The position numbers and the translations under genes are program-made. From Phoronis australis (lineage: Eukaryota > Animalia > Phoronida), in NCBI GenBank assembly GCA_002633005.1, contig NMRA01000108.1:601006-665005 (forward strand): a stretch of 64,000 bases of DNA. The letters run 5' to 3'. The notes beneath the pieces were generated by a model, which had not been told where the DNA came from, ran no database searches, and worked only from the letters and a program-made list of their open reading frames with translations. Position 1 is the first letter of the stretch. Each line of letters opens with the position of its first letter. Below, in pieces: positions 63,460 through 64,000 of the stretch.

Positions 63460-64000
63460 GTAGGGTCGTTTCTGTGTTTGCAATATTTGATCTGTGTGAA
63501 ATAGGGTTTGATAGGGAACTGAATATTGTGATCAGAAATGTAAACAACGAACTTTCAGTGCAGACTAATTGAGATGAAGACAGTCAGAAGACAGTTGTTT
63601 CCACATGAGCTGGCTGCCCTTGATAGATTTGTCAAAACTGAAGCTTTATCAGAAATTTGCAATGTTTTCCCTTTACTGTTGTTACAAAACTTATATCTGA
63701 ATTTTAAACGAATCGCCCGCTTCACTTGATCTTCATAAATATTCGCAGTCCAAATTATAGAAATCTATCGTTTGATATCGCCATTTTAAAAGTCCTCTTT
63801 TAGAAAGTGCCATTCATGCGTGTCCCTTGCAGATTTTCCTACCATATATTCAACTGTCCCATTCAAGGAGACGCTTAACGGATTCCCGCATTGATGTGTC
63901 TGCTTGCTGACATGATTTACAATGGTCTCATCAATTAAAATCGACTCCACCTGGTCAAGAGTAATTACGGAAAATAAAGAGTTCTCGGTAAATATTGGAA

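Overview
AT-rich, repeat-rich eukaryotic genomic DNA from an invertebrate animal (probably a lophotrochozoan such as a mollusc; this is inferred from the repeat families). The left half holds a complete BBS7 gene (BBSome subunit) on the minus strand: 17 coding exons, 30874->1508, 717 aa, all introns GT-AG and phase-compatible. The main finding is that exon 10 is present as three tandem, homologous, highly diverged copies (13187-13295, 12334-12442, 11025-11127). All three have identical splice phases, so only one can be included in frame, which makes this a candidate cluster of mutually exclusive exons in a BBSome gene. The right half holds four things: a Kolobok-type DNA transposon (about 160-bp TIRs, TTAA target-site duplication, THAP ORF, interrupted by an N gap); a two-exon gene for a mucin-like SEA-domain type I membrane protein (52560-56017, +); a decayed Gypsy LTR retrotransposon; and the first coding exon of otoferlin (63381-63459, +). 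Introns and intergenic DNA carry many MITEs, Helentron-like elements and minisatellites. A ~1-kb tandem duplication around a single N is probably an assembly artefact. All calls were made by eye; comparisons to human proteins and exon sizes are from memory and should be confirmed by alignment.
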